A stretch of 64,000 nt of DNA from Acutalibacteraceae bacterium (lineage in GTDB: Bacteria; Bacillota; Clostridia; Oscillospirales; Acutalibacteraceae): the NCBI GenBank assembly GCA_045653445.1, contig JAZOLY010000005.1, positions 1,229 to 65,228 of the forward strand, read 5' to 3'. The notes beneath the pieces are model-generated. The model was not told the origin of the DNA. It saw only the letters and a program-made list of their open reading frames with translations, and did no database searches. The translations under genes and the position numbers were made by a program. How positions within the stretch are numbered: position 1 is the first letter of the stretch; the number at the start of each line of letters is the position of its first letter. This document shows, piece after piece, positions 37,743 through 48,281 of the stretch.

Positions 37743-39038
37743 TTATTTTTTAACAGCTTCCAATTTGGTTTGACGGCGTTTCTTAACATCTTCAGAAATT
37801 GGATGTATTTCGCCGGCAGCCTGCAAAGACATACGAGTTAACAGAGGTCCAACAATCTCGTAAATAAGCACTGCAAACAAGGTGATATTTCTAATCAGGT
37901 TTCCGTCGGTTCCAAGTTGCATTGCAGTAGCACACATTCCTAACGCAACACCTGCTTGCGGAAACAAGGTCACACCGAGATACTTGCAAATCTGAGGCGA
38001 ACATTTTGTAAGTTTCGCGCTGAACAATGTGCCTGTATATTTACCGAGACACCTTGACAAAATATAAATTATGCCAATTACTACAATTGCTAAATCTGTA
38101 AATACGCTAAGCTCTAATTCTGCGCCGCTTATTACAAAAAACAAAGCAAACAAGGGTGAAGTCCATTTATCAGAAGCTTCCATCAAATCGTGTGACAAAG
38201 GACAGGTGTTGCAGAACACAGTACCAAGCATCATACACACAAGCAAGGACGAGAACTGAATATGAACAGAGCCGATTTCAAACTTGAGCATAGATAACGA
38301 GGCTGTAAGAAACACTGCTCCGATAGTCAGATTCAATCTGTTGGTGTTTGAGTTGAAGAACTTTTCAAGCTGAGTAAGCACCCACCCCATAATTGCACCC
38401 AAGGTTAAAGAACAAACAATCTCAATCAGTGGGTTTACTATAATTGATACTAAATCAACCGAGCCGCTTACAAGGGTTTTTGCTATACCAAAAGACACTG
38501 CAAAAACAACAAGTCCGACTGCATCATCAAGGGCAACAATAGGTAGCAAAAGCTTGGTAAGAGGGCCCTTCGCCTTATACTGACGAACAACCATAAGTGT
38601 TGCGGCAGGAGCTGTTGCCGTTGCAATTGCACCAAGTGTAATCACCTGTGGAAGAGTCAACTTATCAGGCATAAGCAAATGAACCGCCAACAAAGCTAAA
38701 TCAACAAGTATTGTGGCTGTAATTGCCTGAACAACACCAATAACAAAAGCTTGTTTACCCGTCTTTTTTAAATCTTCAAGACGGAATTCATTGCCGATAG
38801 AAAAAGCAATAAATCCAAGTGCAACTTCAGATATAAGTGCAAGGCTTTCAACGTCGTGCATACTTGAAAAGCCAACACCACCAACACCCAATCTACCCAA
38901 ACAATAAGGTCCAACCAACACGCCTGCAATAAGGTATGCGGTTACTGAGGGCAGCTTAAGCGGTTTAAAAAACCTTGTCATAATTAGTCCTGCAAGAAGG
39001 GCAACTGAAACAGATAAAAGTGTACTCAAAACATTCAC
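37743..39038 (-). CDS. cation:proton antiporter (CPA2/Kef-like Na+/H+ exchanger family)
   Basis: About 12 TM helices. LPSVTAYLIAGVLVGP and a typical Na_H_Exchanger pattern. The start is ambiguous: GTG at 39038 or TTG at 39029. Confidence 0.8.
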   Translation of the reverse strand: MNVLSTLLSVSVALLAGLIMTRFFKPLKLPSVTAYLIAGVLVGPYCLGRLGVGGVGFSSMHDVESLALISEVALGFIAFSIGNEFRLEDLKKTGKQAFVIGVVQAITATILVDLALLAVHLLMPDKLTLPQVITLGAIATATAPAATLMVVRQYKAKGPLTKLLLPIVALDDAVGLVVFAVSFGIAKTLVSGSVDLVSIIVNPLIEIVCSLTLGAIMGWVLTQLEKFFNSNTNRLNLTIGAVFLTASLSMLKFEIGSVHIQFSSLLVCMMLGTVFCNTCPLSHDLMEASDKWTSPLFALFFVISGAELELSVFTDLAIVVIGIIYILSRCLGKYTGTLFSAKLTKCSPQICKYLGVTLFPQAGVALGMCATAMQLGTDGNLIRNITLFAVLIYEIVGPLLTRMSLQAAGEIHPISEDVKKRRQTKLEAVKK

Positions 39039-39169
39039 CTTCGTTTAATTTTTCCAAAACTTAAGCCCCGAAGAAAACTTCAGGACTTAAAACAACATCA
39101 TTGATTCTACTCTTGTCAGACAAAAAAGTCAACCATAAATAAGTTACAAACATTATAAAATCAGACAAA

Positions 39170-40150
39170 TTACAGTAATTCTTTTCTTAACTGCTCGTTT
39201 GACTTAGCGGACAAATATGCGGGTGGAATATCAAAAACAGTTTTACATCCGCACACACCCTCTTTATTAAGTCTTACCGCAGCTCTTGCATATGCAACAA
39301 GCACAGATGATGTAAATTCGGGATTTGAGTCAAGATTAAGCGAATACTCAATTATATGATTATTTTTCAAGTTAATGCCTGTTTTGCCGCTTCTTATAAC
39401 AAATCCGCCGTGAGGCAATCCGTTATGATTAGCCTTAAGTTCATCCATAGAAATAAAATGAACAGTGGTGTCGTAATCCGCAAAATAGTTTTTCATATTT
39501 ACTATTTCGCTTTCGATTCTTGCTTTGTCGGCACCATCCTCAACCACAACGAAGCACTCACGCTTATGCTTTTGGCGGGTTGTAAGATTTGGGCACTCAC
39601 CTGCGCGAACTGAATCCAATGCCTCTTGAACAGGGATAGTATACTGACGGGCGTCAATAACACCCTCTATTCTGCGAATAGCGTCAGAATGACCTTGGCT
39701 AACACCTTTGCCCCAAAAGGTATAGGTTTCACCTTGAGTAAGTATCGCTTCTGCATACAAGCGGTTAAGAGAAAACATACCGGGGTCCCAACCAACAGAA
39801 ATCATAGCAACCTTACCTGACTCCTTTGCACTTGCATCAACTCGGTCAAAATGATTAGGAATTTCTGCATGGGTATCGAAGCTGTCAACAACATTGAAAT
39901 ATTTTGCAAGTTCGGGGGTTTGAACAGGCAAATCGGTAGCACTTCCGCCACAAATAATAACAACGTCAATATTATCTTTATGCGAAACAATTTGATCTAA
40001 TGAATAAACTTTTGCGCCTGAAACAGTTTTTACAGTAGATGGGTCTCGACGAGAAAACACACCGTAAAGTGATATATCAGGATTTTGAGCAACTGCGCAC
40101 TCAACCCCTCTGCCTAAATTACCGTAACCAACAATAGCAAGTGATACCAT
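39170..40150 (-). CDS. ddh: meso-diaminopimelate D-dehydrogenase
   Basis: The ORF starts with IVGYGNLGRG. The downstream motifs are GVFSRRD, WGKGVSQGHSDA and GFV. 326 aa. Confidence 0.9.
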   Translation of the reverse strand: MVSLAIVGYGNLGRGVECAVAQNPDISLYGVFSRRDPSTVKTVSGAKVYSLDQIVSHKDNIDVVIICGGSATDLPVQTPELAKYFNVVDSFDTHAEIPNHFDRVDASAKESGKVAMISVGWDPGMFSLNRLYAEAILTQGETYTFWGKGVSQGHSDAIRRIEGVIDARQYTIPVQEALDSVRAGECPNLTTRQKHKRECFVVVEDGADKARIESEIVNMKNYFADYDTTVHFISMDELKANHNGLPHGGFVIRSGKTGINLKNNHIIEYSLNLDSNPEFTSSVLVAYARAAVRLNKEGVCGCKTVFDIPPAYLSAKSNEQLRKELL

Positions 40151-40284
40151 AATAAAACCCCTTTCATATGATAATTATACCTTGTTAATATTAAAAAATC
40201 AATAAAAGCAAACAACTAATTAAAAATTATATTATTTTTACACAAAACTAATTAACCTATATCAAAAGCCAATATGCATTACAA

Positions 40285-40317
40285 CAAAAAAGCCAAACCG
40301 CATTAGCAGTTTGGCTT
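40285..40317 (-). terminator. terminator of the Dabb gene
   Basis: AGCCAAAC / GTTTGGCT stem followed by T6 on the minus strand. Confidence 0.8.
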
Positions 40318-40320
40318 AAT

Positions 40321-40614
40321 TTACACCTCAAAATCAAGGCACATTCTTGTTTGAGTAAATGGGCGCACTTTTGTATCTGCAACTTCTACGTGAGCAGGAT
40401 GAACGGCATAATTCTTTAATGAAGCCTCATTTTCAAAAACAGAATAAAGCATAACATCAGCATTTGAAGAAGTTAAAGACTCTGTTTGAACACTGATTTC
40501 AACAAGACCGTCAATTACGCCCTTTAATGATTCAAGGCCTGTTTTAATTCCGTTTTTAACCTCGTCAGTGTTAAATTCATCTTTAAGTTTCCATAGAATA
40601 ATATGTTTAACCAT
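40321..40614 (-). CDS. Dabb (stress-responsive A/B barrel) family protein
   Basis: 97 aa. MVKHIILWKLKD... and HPAH near the C-terminus are typical of the Dabb family. Confidence 0.8.
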   Translation of the reverse strand: MVKHIILWKLKDEFNTDEVKNGIKTGLESLKGVIDGLVEISVQTESLTSSNADVMLYSVFENEASLKNYAVHPAHVEVADTKVRPFTQTRMCLDFEV

Positions 40615-40624
40615 AAAATCACCT

Positions 40625-40792
40625 TTAAATTATAGTGTATTGTAAAAATTCATAATGCAATTTTGTTCCAACATCAACATTAGGGGGTAACAAAGCCAAA
40701 GCAATAAACAATTCTTCGTCACTGCTACCAATTAACTTTAAATAGGCATATTCCCCTTCAATTTTTGAAACAACGTAATCTTTTGGTTCCAT
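40625..40792 (-). CDS. DUF3006-like small protein (55 aa; absent from the ORF track)
   Basis: My own translation is MEPKDYVVSKIEGEYAYLKLIGSSDEELFIALALLPPNVDVGTKLHYEFLQYTII. RBS GAGGTTG. The pattern resembles DUF3006 (IEGxxAxLE...LPxxxxxG). Confidence 0.5.
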   Translation of the reverse strand: MEPKDYVVSKIEGEYAYLKLIGSSDEELFIALALLPPNVDVGTKLHYEFLQYTII

Positions 40793-40808
40793 AATCAACC
40801 TCATTAGA

Positions 40809-40844
40809 CAAAAACGGCTGAACCGAAATTCAGCCGTTTTATTT
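40809..40844. terminator. pckG terminator (bidirectional shape)
   Basis: ACGGCTGAA / TTCAGCCGT stem with T-runs on both strands. Confidence 0.85.
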
Positions 40845-40849
40845 ACAGA

Positions 40850-42631
40850 TTAGATGCCAAGGCGTGACTTAAGTGCAGCAAGTTGCTCTTCAAGTTCCTT
40901 GGGCAAACGGTCACCGAACTTCTTGTAATGCTCGGTAATCTCGCCTGCTTCTTTAACCCATGCCTCTTTGTCAACCTTAAGGATAGACTTAAGAGTATCC
41001 ATATCCATATCAAGATCGGTAAGGTCAATATCTTCAGGACGGGGAATGTAACCGATTTCGGTTTCCATAGCGTCTGCTTTGCCTTCGCAACGGTCAATAA
41101 TCCAGTTGAGAACGCGCATATTATCACCGAATCCGGGCCATACAAAGTTGCCTTCATCATCGGTACGGAACCAGTTAACATTGAAAATCTTGGGAGCTTT
41201 GTCACCAAGTTTCTCACCCATAGCAAGCCAATGTGCGAAATAGTCGCCCATATGATAGCCACAGAAAGGAAGCATAGCCATTGGGTCACGACGAACTACG
41301 CCAACTGCACCTGCAGCTGCTGCGGTAGTCTCAGATGCCATTGCAGAGCCAATGAATACACCGTTCTCCCAATCAAATGACTGATATACCAGAGGAGCAA
41401 GCTTAGCGCGACGGCCACCAAATACGATAGCAGAAATCGGCACACCGTTTGCAGCCTCAAACTCTGAAGAAATGCAGGGGCAATTCTTAGCAGGAGCAGT
41501 GAAACGGCTGTTGGGATGCGCACCGCAGGTTGACTTGTCAGCCTTGTCGAACTTTGCAGGATCCCACTTCTCACCCTTCCAATCGATTGCATTTGTGGGG
41601 GGATTCTTATCAAGACCTTCCCACCAAACTGTATTATCATCAAGATTGTGCAATACGTTGGTGAAAATGGTATTGCTGCGAGTAGAAGCAAGTGCATTGT
41701 AGTTTGACTTTTCATTGGTACCGGGAGCAACACCGAAGAAGCCGTTTTCGGGGTTGATAGCATAAAGTCTGCCATCCTCACCTATTCTCATCCAACTGAT
41801 GTCGTCACCAACGGTCCAAATCTTGTAACCTTTCTTACGCAAATATTCGGGGGGAATAAGCATAGCAAGGTTGGTCTTGCCGCAAGCAGATGGGAATGCT
41901 GCTGCAATATACTTAACCTCACCCTGAGGATTCTCAAGACCAAGGATAAGCATATGCTCTGCCATCCAACCCTCTTTCCAACCCTGGTAAGAAGCGATAC
42001 GAAGTGCAAAGCACTTTTTACCAAGCAATACGTTACCGCCGTAAGCAGAGTTAACAGAGATAATAGCATTGTCTTCGGGGAACTGGCAGATGTAACGGTT
42101 TTCTGCATCAACATCGCATTTTGCATGGAAGCAACGAACCCAGTCATTGCTGTCGCCAAGTGCATCAAGCACCTTGTCGCCAATGCGAGTCATAATAGCC
42201 ATATTAAGAACAACATAGATAGAGTCGGTAATCTCTACACCAATTTTAGCAAGAGGAGAACCGATGGGACCCATTGAATAAGGGATAATATACATTGTGC
42301 GGCCTGCATAGGTGCCACGTGCAATGTCGTACAACTTCTTGTACATTACTTCAGGGTCTTCCCAGTTGTTAGTGGGGCCTGCATCCTCACGCTTTGAGGT
42401 GCAGATAAAGGTGCGGTTTTCAACACGGGCAACGTCGTTAGGCTTAGTTCTGTGAAGATAGCAGCCGGGCAACTTTTCCTCATTAAGCTTAATCATTTCG
42501 CCTGTTTCAACAGCCTCTTTGCGCAGAGCCTCAAGCTGTGCCTCGTCACCGGTTATCCACACAACTGAATCGGGATTGACAAGTGATTTGATCTGGTCAA
42601 CAAACTCAAGAACAGTTTTGTTGTTGGTCAT
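40850..42631 (-). CDS. pckG: phosphoenolpyruvate carboxykinase (GTP)
   Basis: 593 aa. The kinase-1a motif is AAAFPSACGKTNLAM. GTP-PEPCK motifs such as WMAEHM and GDDISWMR are present. Confidence 0.95.
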   Translation of the reverse strand: MTNNKTVLEFVDQIKSLVNPDSVVWITGDEAQLEALRKEAVETGEMIKLNEEKLPGCYLHRTKPNDVARVENRTFICTSKREDAGPTNNWEDPEVMYKKLYDIARGTYAGRTMYIIPYSMGPIGSPLAKIGVEITDSIYVVLNMAIMTRIGDKVLDALGDSNDWVRCFHAKCDVDAENRYICQFPEDNAIISVNSAYGGNVLLGKKCFALRIASYQGWKEGWMAEHMLILGLENPQGEVKYIAAAFPSACGKTNLAMLIPPEYLRKKGYKIWTVGDDISWMRIGEDGRLYAINPENGFFGVAPGTNEKSNYNALASTRSNTIFTNVLHNLDDNTVWWEGLDKNPPTNAIDWKGEKWDPAKFDKADKSTCGAHPNSRFTAPAKNCPCISSEFEAANGVPISAIVFGGRRAKLAPLVYQSFDWENGVFIGSAMASETTAAAAGAVGVVRRDPMAMLPFCGYHMGDYFAHWLAMGEKLGDKAPKIFNVNWFRTDDEGNFVWPGFGDNMRVLNWIIDRCEGKADAMETEIGYIPRPEDIDLTDLDMDMDTLKSILKVDKEAWVKEAGEITEHYKKFGDRLPKELEEQLAALKSRLGI

Positions 42632-42763
42632 TTTTCGTCTTTCCTTTCTATAAGAAAAAATTTAACTGATTTATTGTAAGATGGAAAAATCAACCATCCT
42701 ACCGCATTTTACAGTTTATCACATACTATGTCAAACTGCAAGCAATTTTTATCGAATTTCAAA

Positions 42764-43780
42764 TTATTTTAACACAATATTATCAATAGGCATAGTTGCA
42801 AAAGCATTTAGCTCATTTTCCGCTGTGTTTCCCGCCTCAAATTCATAAAATGCCTGTACTCCAACCATTGCCGCGTTATCTCCACAATACTTAAGTTCAG
42901 GACGATATAATTTTATTCCCCTTTTAGAGCATTCTTGTTCTAAACGGCTACGAAGCTCAGAATTAGCCGAAACGCCACCTGCAACAGCAACTGTTTTATA
43001 TCCCAAATCTTCTGCGGCGGCAATAGTATTATTTACAAGCATATCGCACACCCTGCCCCGAAGTGATGCCGCCATATCAGGTACATTGATAGTTTCGCCC
43101 TTTTGTTCAGCATTATGCAAAGTATTGATTACAGCAGTCTTTAAACCAGAAAATGAAAAGTCATATTTGCCGTCTGCAATATGGGGATATGGCAATTTAT
43201 ACGCTTCCCTATTACCTGTTTGAGCAATTTTATCAAGCTCAACTCCACCCGGATACCCGATACCCATTGCGCGCGCCGCCTTATCAAAGCACTCACCTGC
43301 CGCATCGTCCCTTGTTCTGCCGATTATACGATAGTTTGTGTAATCCAACACCTCGCAAAGATGACTATGACCGCCCGATACAACAAGACACAAAAAAGGA
43401 GGTTTTAACTCTTTAACATCTATGTAATTTGCGGCAATATGACTGCGCAAATGGTGAACGGGAATAAGGGGTTTTGAAGCCGACATTGCAAGACCTTTTG
43501 CAAAGTTTACACCCACAAGCAAAGCACCAATAAGCCCCGGTGCATATGTCACTGCAACCGCATCAATATCGTCAAGAGTGCAGCCTGCTTCTGCAAGGGC
43601 CTTTTCAGTAACATCAACTATATTTTCTGCGTGACGGCGAGAGGCAATTTCGGGCACAACACCGCCGTATTTTCTATGCTCTGCCACTTGTGTGGCTATA
43701 ACATTGGACAAAACCTGTCTGCCTTGTGTTACCGCTGCAGCAGTTTCATCACAAGATGATTCTATTGCCAAAATCTTCAT
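42764..43780 (-). CDS. tsaD: tRNA N6-adenosine threonylcarbamoyltransferase
   Basis: Begins ILAIESSCDETAAA, with VSGGHSH and GGVSAN motifs. 338 aa. Confidence 0.95.
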   Translation of the reverse strand: MKILAIESSCDETAAAVTQGRQVLSNVIATQVAEHRKYGGVVPEIASRRHAENIVDVTEKALAEAGCTLDDIDAVAVTYAPGLIGALLVGVNFAKGLAMSASKPLIPVHHLRSHIAANYIDVKELKPPFLCLVVSGGHSHLCEVLDYTNYRIIGRTRDDAAGECFDKAARAMGIGYPGGVELDKIAQTGNREAYKLPYPHIADGKYDFSFSGLKTAVINTLHNAEQKGETINVPDMAASLRGRVCDMLVNNTIAAAEDLGYKTVAVAGGVSANSELRSRLEQECSKRGIKLYRPELKYCGDNAAMVGVQAFYEFEAGNTAENELNAFATMPIDNIVLK

Positions 43781-43783
43781 TTA

Positions 43784-44218
43784 TTAAAACTCCTTAACCA
43801 TAGTAAAAGCATTTTCTGTTGGGTGAGAATAAAAATTTTTCCTATCACAGATTTTATTATATCCGCTTTTTTCATACAACTTAATTGCAGATTCGTTTGA
43901 TACCCTTACATCAAGAATAATCTTGCATACGCCACATGATATTGCAAGTTGCTCACAGTGTTTAAGTAACTTAGTTGCAATTCCCTGCTTCCTAAAATTT
44001 GAATCAACTGCAATAAGATGTAGATACCCCTCATCAAAGGATACCGATACGACTGCAAAAGCCACTATTTTGCCATCACAGTCACAACATTCTATTATCG
44101 TTTTGCGGTCAAACTCGCTTAAAAATGAGGATTCACTCCAGCGGTCACTGCCACATTCATTGCTGATTAAAGACAACTGTGCCGCTTCCTCTTTAAGCGC
44201 ACTGCGATACGCAATCAT
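43784..44218 (-). CDS. rimI: ribosomal-protein-alanine N-acetyltransferase (GNAT)
   Basis: GNAT A motif (VDSNFRKQGIATKLL). Sits in conserved context directly upstream of tsaD. Confidence 0.8.
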   Translation of the reverse strand: MIAYRSALKEEAAQLSLISNECGSDRWSESSFLSEFDRKTIIECCDCDGKIVAFAVVSVSFDEGYLHLIAVDSNFRKQGIATKLLKHCEQLAISCGVCKIILDVRVSNESAIKLYEKSGYNKICDRKNFYSHPTENAFTMVKEF

Positions 44219-44625
44219 AACAACTCCACCAATCCCGACATAGCGTTTATCATTTTATCTCTGCAATCACGATAAACTTCAACAGAAAATCCGTATGGGT
44301 CAGCTATCCCATCACCAAGCACCACTGACGAATAACCGGCAACTTCAATCATCTTGCAGTGAGCCTCACTCATGCATACAATTAAATCTGCGCTGTCAAA
44401 CAAACCCTTGCTTATAGGTTTAGACTTGTAACCGCTTAAATCAACCCCAATTTCATTCAAAACCGAAATTGAGTTTTGGGATACCGGCACACCAGTTGCG
44501 GCGGCAACACCTGCACTATCTGCAACAGCATCAATATTATTCTTTTTTGCATAGTCATTAAACAATGCCATTGCCATTGGTGAACGGCAAGTATTTCCAG
44601 TACATACAAATAAAACTTTTTTCAA
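44215..44625 (-). CDS. low-molecular-weight protein tyrosine/arginine phosphatase
   Basis: P-loop VLFVCTGNTCRSPMA (CX5R(S)) and a DP motif (IADPYG). Confidence 0.88.
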   Translation of the reverse strand: MKKVLFVCTGNTCRSPMAMALFNDYAKKNNIDAVADSAGVAAATGVPVSQNSISVLNEIGVDLSGYKSKPISKGLFDSADLIVCMSEAHCKMIEVAGYSSVVLGDGIADPYGFSVEVYRDCRDKMINAMSGLVELL

Positions 44626-44640
44626 TTTAATTCATTCCTC

Positions 44641-47145
44641 TTATTCTTTGGCATCATACCAAGTTTTGCCGATATGCACATCGGCAGGCATAGGCACCGA
44701 TAACTTGCAGGCATTTTCCATTTCCTCGGAAATGATTTGTGCGGCACGTGATGAATCCGATTCACTTGATTCAACAATAAGTTCGTCGTGTATTTGTAAA
44801 ATCAGTTTTGCATCCAATTTTTCTTCTTTTAGACGATTGTGCACACGTACCATTGCTATTTTAATTATATCTGCAGCAGTGCCCTGAATGGGAGCGTTGC
44901 GAGCCACCCTTTCTCCAAAAGCACGAAGGATACCGTTTGAGGATTTTAGTTCAGGCAAATACCTGCGTCTGCCGAATGCAGTTTCAACATACCCCAAATC
45001 CTTGGCGCGCTCCAAAGTCTTTTCCATATAAGATTTTACGCCGCTGAAATTGGTAAGATATCCTTCTATAAAACGCTTGGCATCGCCATACGAAACGCCT
45101 ATATCTTTAGCAAGAGAGAATGCGCCGATTCCGTAAACTATACCGAAATTTACCGCTTTAGCACTTGAACGCATTTGTTGAGTTACCATATCCTCAGGCA
45201 TTCCAAACACCTTTGCAGCAGTGATTGTATGAATATCGGCGCCATTTTTGAAAGCATCAATCATTGCTTCGTCACCCGACATATGAGCAAGCACTCGTAA
45301 TTCAATCTGAGAATAGTCGGCGTCGCAAAGCACTCTGCCGTTTGGTGCGGTAAAGAAGCGCCTGAATTCTCTGCCAACCTCTGTGCGAACAGGAATATTT
45401 TGCAAATTAGGCTCTGATGAACTGATTCGACCTGTTCTTGTTTCGGTTTGATTAAGGGTTGAGCGAATTCGACCGTCTTCACAAATTGCCTTTAACAAGC
45501 CATCACAGTATGTTGATTTAAGTTTAGAAAGAGTACGGTACTCAAGGAGTTTACTTACTGCGGGATGCTTGTCTTTAAGACCTTCAAGGACATCTGCATT
45601 GGTAGAATATCCGCTTTTTGTCTTCTTTCCTGCGGGAAGCCCCAATTTTTCAAACAAGGCAACACCAAGTTGTTTTGGTGAATTAAGATTAAACTCATAA
45701 CCGACCAAATTATATATATCTGAACTTAAAGTATTAGTTCTGTCTTCAAGCATTTTTCCATACTGAGCGATGGACTCTGCATCAACCTCAAACCCGGTAG
45801 ACTCCATATCTGCAAGCACTCTTGCAAGAGGAATTTCCACATCATATAAAAGTGATGCACTGCCTACCTCTTCAATTTTTTGTTCTAAAATTCCGCACAA
45901 TTCAACAAATTTTGCAATGTCGGTTAAATCAGCACAAGACTCATCTGCATTGGCAGAATAACGCTCGCAAAGACGGGGTGCAGAATAGTCAGATGCATCG
46001 GGGTCAAGCAAATAGCCTGCCAAAGACGTATCAAACACAACTGATATTTCGGAGGCAATATGAAACAGTGCTTTTGCATCATCGGTAAAAACTTTTTTGT
46101 CTGCAACAAAACTTATTGCATCGTCAGTAGGAACACATGTTGCTTTATCTCCGTCTGACAAATAACAATAATCACCGTTTAGCAGCAAATATATCTTTTC
46201 ACTTGTCAAATCATTCAATTCGCAAGGCTTAAGCGATTTAAGAAAGCAAGCGTTGTTAACAGGTGCAGAAAGTCCTGTAATTCCAAGCCGCTCAATCATA
46301 GAAAACATCTCAAGGCCACGCAAAGTTTCTGCAAGTTCTGCTGACTGCATCTCACCTATTTTATAGCAATTTTCATCGCAAGGAATCGGCACTTCTTTAT
46401 ATATCTCACCAAGTTTGCGAGATAAATAAGCGTTGTCCTTATCAACTTCAAGTTTTGCGCGCACACCCGCCTTAATACTGTCGCTTTCAATATTTTCATA
46501 AACACCTTCAAGAGAGCCAAACTGAGCAATCAAAGAAAGTGCCGTCTTTTCACCAACACCTGCTACACCGGGGATATTATCAGAGGAGTCACCCATCAAA
46601 GCTTTAACTTCAATCAACTGTTTTGGTGTAAGTCCGTTATATTTTTCGGCTATAATTGCCTCGTCATACACAATAACTTCGGGTTTGCCCATACGGGTTG
46701 CGGCAAGATAAACCTTTACTCCATTACCTACAAGTTGCAAAGAGTCACGGTCACCGGTTGCAATAACACAACTGCCACCTTTTGAACGAGCAAGCTCAGC
46801 CAAAGTGCCAAGTATATCATCCGCTTCATACCCTTCCTGCTCAAGCACCTGATAACCCATAAAGCGAAGTATATTCTTCATAATAGGCATTTGCTCTGCA
46901 AGTTCAGGCGGCATACCCTTTCTGCCTGCTTTATATTCACTATACATTTGATGACGGAAAGTAGGCGCTTTAAGGTCAAAGGCAACCGCAACGGAATCGG
47001 GCTCTGTCATTTCAATCAGTCTAAGTAATATATTCATAAATCCATATATACCGTTTGTGAACAATCCGTCTCGTGTGGCAAGACCTTTTATTCCGTAAAA
47101 AGCACGGTTAATTATGCTGTTTCCATCAATAGCAAGAAGTTTCAT
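44641..47145 (-). CDS. polA: DNA polymerase I
   Basis: 5'-nuclease domain (LLAIDGNSIINRAFY). Pol A motifs are DYSQIELRVLAH, RSSAKAVNFGIVYG and QIHDELIVE. 834 aa. Confidence 0.96.
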   Translation of the reverse strand: MKLLAIDGNSIINRAFYGIKGLATRDGLFTNGIYGFMNILLRLIEMTEPDSVAVAFDLKAPTFRHQMYSEYKAGRKGMPPELAEQMPIMKNILRFMGYQVLEQEGYEADDILGTLAELARSKGGSCVIATGDRDSLQLVGNGVKVYLAATRMGKPEVIVYDEAIIAEKYNGLTPKQLIEVKALMGDSSDNIPGVAGVGEKTALSLIAQFGSLEGVYENIESDSIKAGVRAKLEVDKDNAYLSRKLGEIYKEVPIPCDENCYKIGEMQSAELAETLRGLEMFSMIERLGITGLSAPVNNACFLKSLKPCELNDLTSEKIYLLLNGDYCYLSDGDKATCVPTDDAISFVADKKVFTDDAKALFHIASEISVVFDTSLAGYLLDPDASDYSAPRLCERYSANADESCADLTDIAKFVELCGILEQKIEEVGSASLLYDVEIPLARVLADMESTGFEVDAESIAQYGKMLEDRTNTLSSDIYNLVGYEFNLNSPKQLGVALFEKLGLPAGKKTKSGYSTNADVLEGLKDKHPAVSKLLEYRTLSKLKSTYCDGLLKAICEDGRIRSTLNQTETRTGRISSSEPNLQNIPVRTEVGREFRRFFTAPNGRVLCDADYSQIELRVLAHMSGDEAMIDAFKNGADIHTITAAKVFGMPEDMVTQQMRSSAKAVNFGIVYGIGAFSLAKDIGVSYGDAKRFIEGYLTNFSGVKSYMEKTLERAKDLGYVETAFGRRRYLPELKSSNGILRAFGERVARNAPIQGTAADIIKIAMVRVHNRLKEEKLDAKLILQIHDELIVESSESDSSRAAQIISEEMENACKLSVPMPADVHIGKTWYDAKE

Positions 47146-47303
47146 ATTACATCACCTTTCGGTACTTTTATGCATTTAAAATAAGTATAACATATTTTTT
47201 GAAAAAAACGAATATTTTTTTGAAATTTCTGAAGAAATATGCTACAATATTTTTATAAAGCGATTTATATTTATACTTGTTACTGATTTTGAGGTAATTT
47301 ATA

Positions 47304-48281
47304 ATGAAAATTGGCAATTTTGAAACCGATTCTTTTGCTGCTTTAGCTCCTATGGCTGGAGTAGCTGACCGTGCCTTTCGTAAATTATGCAGAGGATACG
47401 GTGCCGCTTTTACTGTGAGTGAGTTAATTAGTGCAAAAGCAATCTCACTTGGAGATAAAAAATCCCATAGTATGCTTGCAGTTTCTGATGGCGAGCGTCC
47501 TGTTGCCATTCAACTTTTTGGACGAGACCCCGAAATTATGGCTCAGGCGGCAATCGCATCTCTTGAATACAAGCCTGATTTTATTGATATAAATATGGGT
47601 TGTCCTGCTCCAAAGGTTGCAGCATCGGGCGGCGGTGCAATTTTGATGAAAGATGCCCCTCTTGCGCAAAGCATTGTTGAGGCGGTTGTAAAGGCAGTTA
47701 ATTTGCCAGTTACTGTAAAAATGCGGGCAGGATGGGATGCAAATAATATTAACGCAGTTGACCTTGCTAAAAGGTGCGAGCAAGCAGGTGCAACAGCTAT
47801 CACTGTTCACGGCAGAACGAAAGAGCAGATGTATGCCCCACCTGTTAACCTTGATATAATTGCAGAGGTTAAAAAGGCTTTATCCATCCCTGTTATTGCA
47901 AACGGTGATATTACTGACGCCAAAAGTGCCGCACACATGTATGAATACACAGGTTGCGATTTTATAATGGTTGGCAGAGGTGCAATGGGTGCGCCTTGGA
48001 TATTCAGTCAAATTAACGCTTATATCGGTGAGGGTAGAATTTTACCCGAACCACCGCTAAGTGAAAGAATGTTAGTTTTGCTCCGTCAAGCCGCCGCAAC
48101 TGTTGAGGATAAAGGTGAGCGGACCGCTTTGCTTGAAATGAGAAAGCATGCCGCCTGGTATATAAAAGGACTGCGCGGCGCCGCTAATTTCAGGCGCAGA
48201 TGCGGTGAAATATCAACAATGGCAGAGCTTGAAGAATTATGCTTTGACGTTTGCAAGGAGTGTAGTGAAAATGAATTTTAA
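47304..48281 (+). CDS. dusB: tRNA-dihydrouridine synthase
   Basis: LAPMAGVADRAFR, IDINMGCP and ITVHGRT motifs. RBS GAGG. Confidence 0.92.
   Translation: MKIGNFETDSFAALAPMAGVADRAFRKLCRGYGAAFTVSELISAKAISLGDKKSHSMLAVSDGERPVAIQLFGRDPEIMAQAAIASLEYKPDFIDINMGCPAPKVAASGGGAILMKDAPLAQSIVEAVVKAVNLPVTVKMRAGWDANNINAVDLAKRCEQAGATAITVHGRTKEQMYAPPVNLDIIAEVKKALSIPVIANGDITDAKSAAHMYEYTGCDFIMVGRGAMGAPWIFSQINAYIGEGRILPEPPLSERMLVLLRQAAATVEDKGERTALLEMRKHAAWYIKGLRGAANFRRRCGEISTMAELEELCFDVCKECSENEF

Noticed and set aside
39039-39169. The imperfect hairpin CTTAAGTCCTGAAG...CTTCGGGGCTTAAG in the antiporter leader as a riboswitch.
   Set aside because: It is short, imperfect and isolated. It is more simply explained as the ddh terminator or a weak attenuator, and there are no additional conserved-looking elements.
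47168-47509. 113-aa minus-strand ORF spanning the polA-dusB intergenic region and the dusB 5' end.
   Set aside because: It overlaps the dusB RBS and N-terminus and runs through an AT-rich promoter region. Its C-terminal part is low complexity and it matches no motif.
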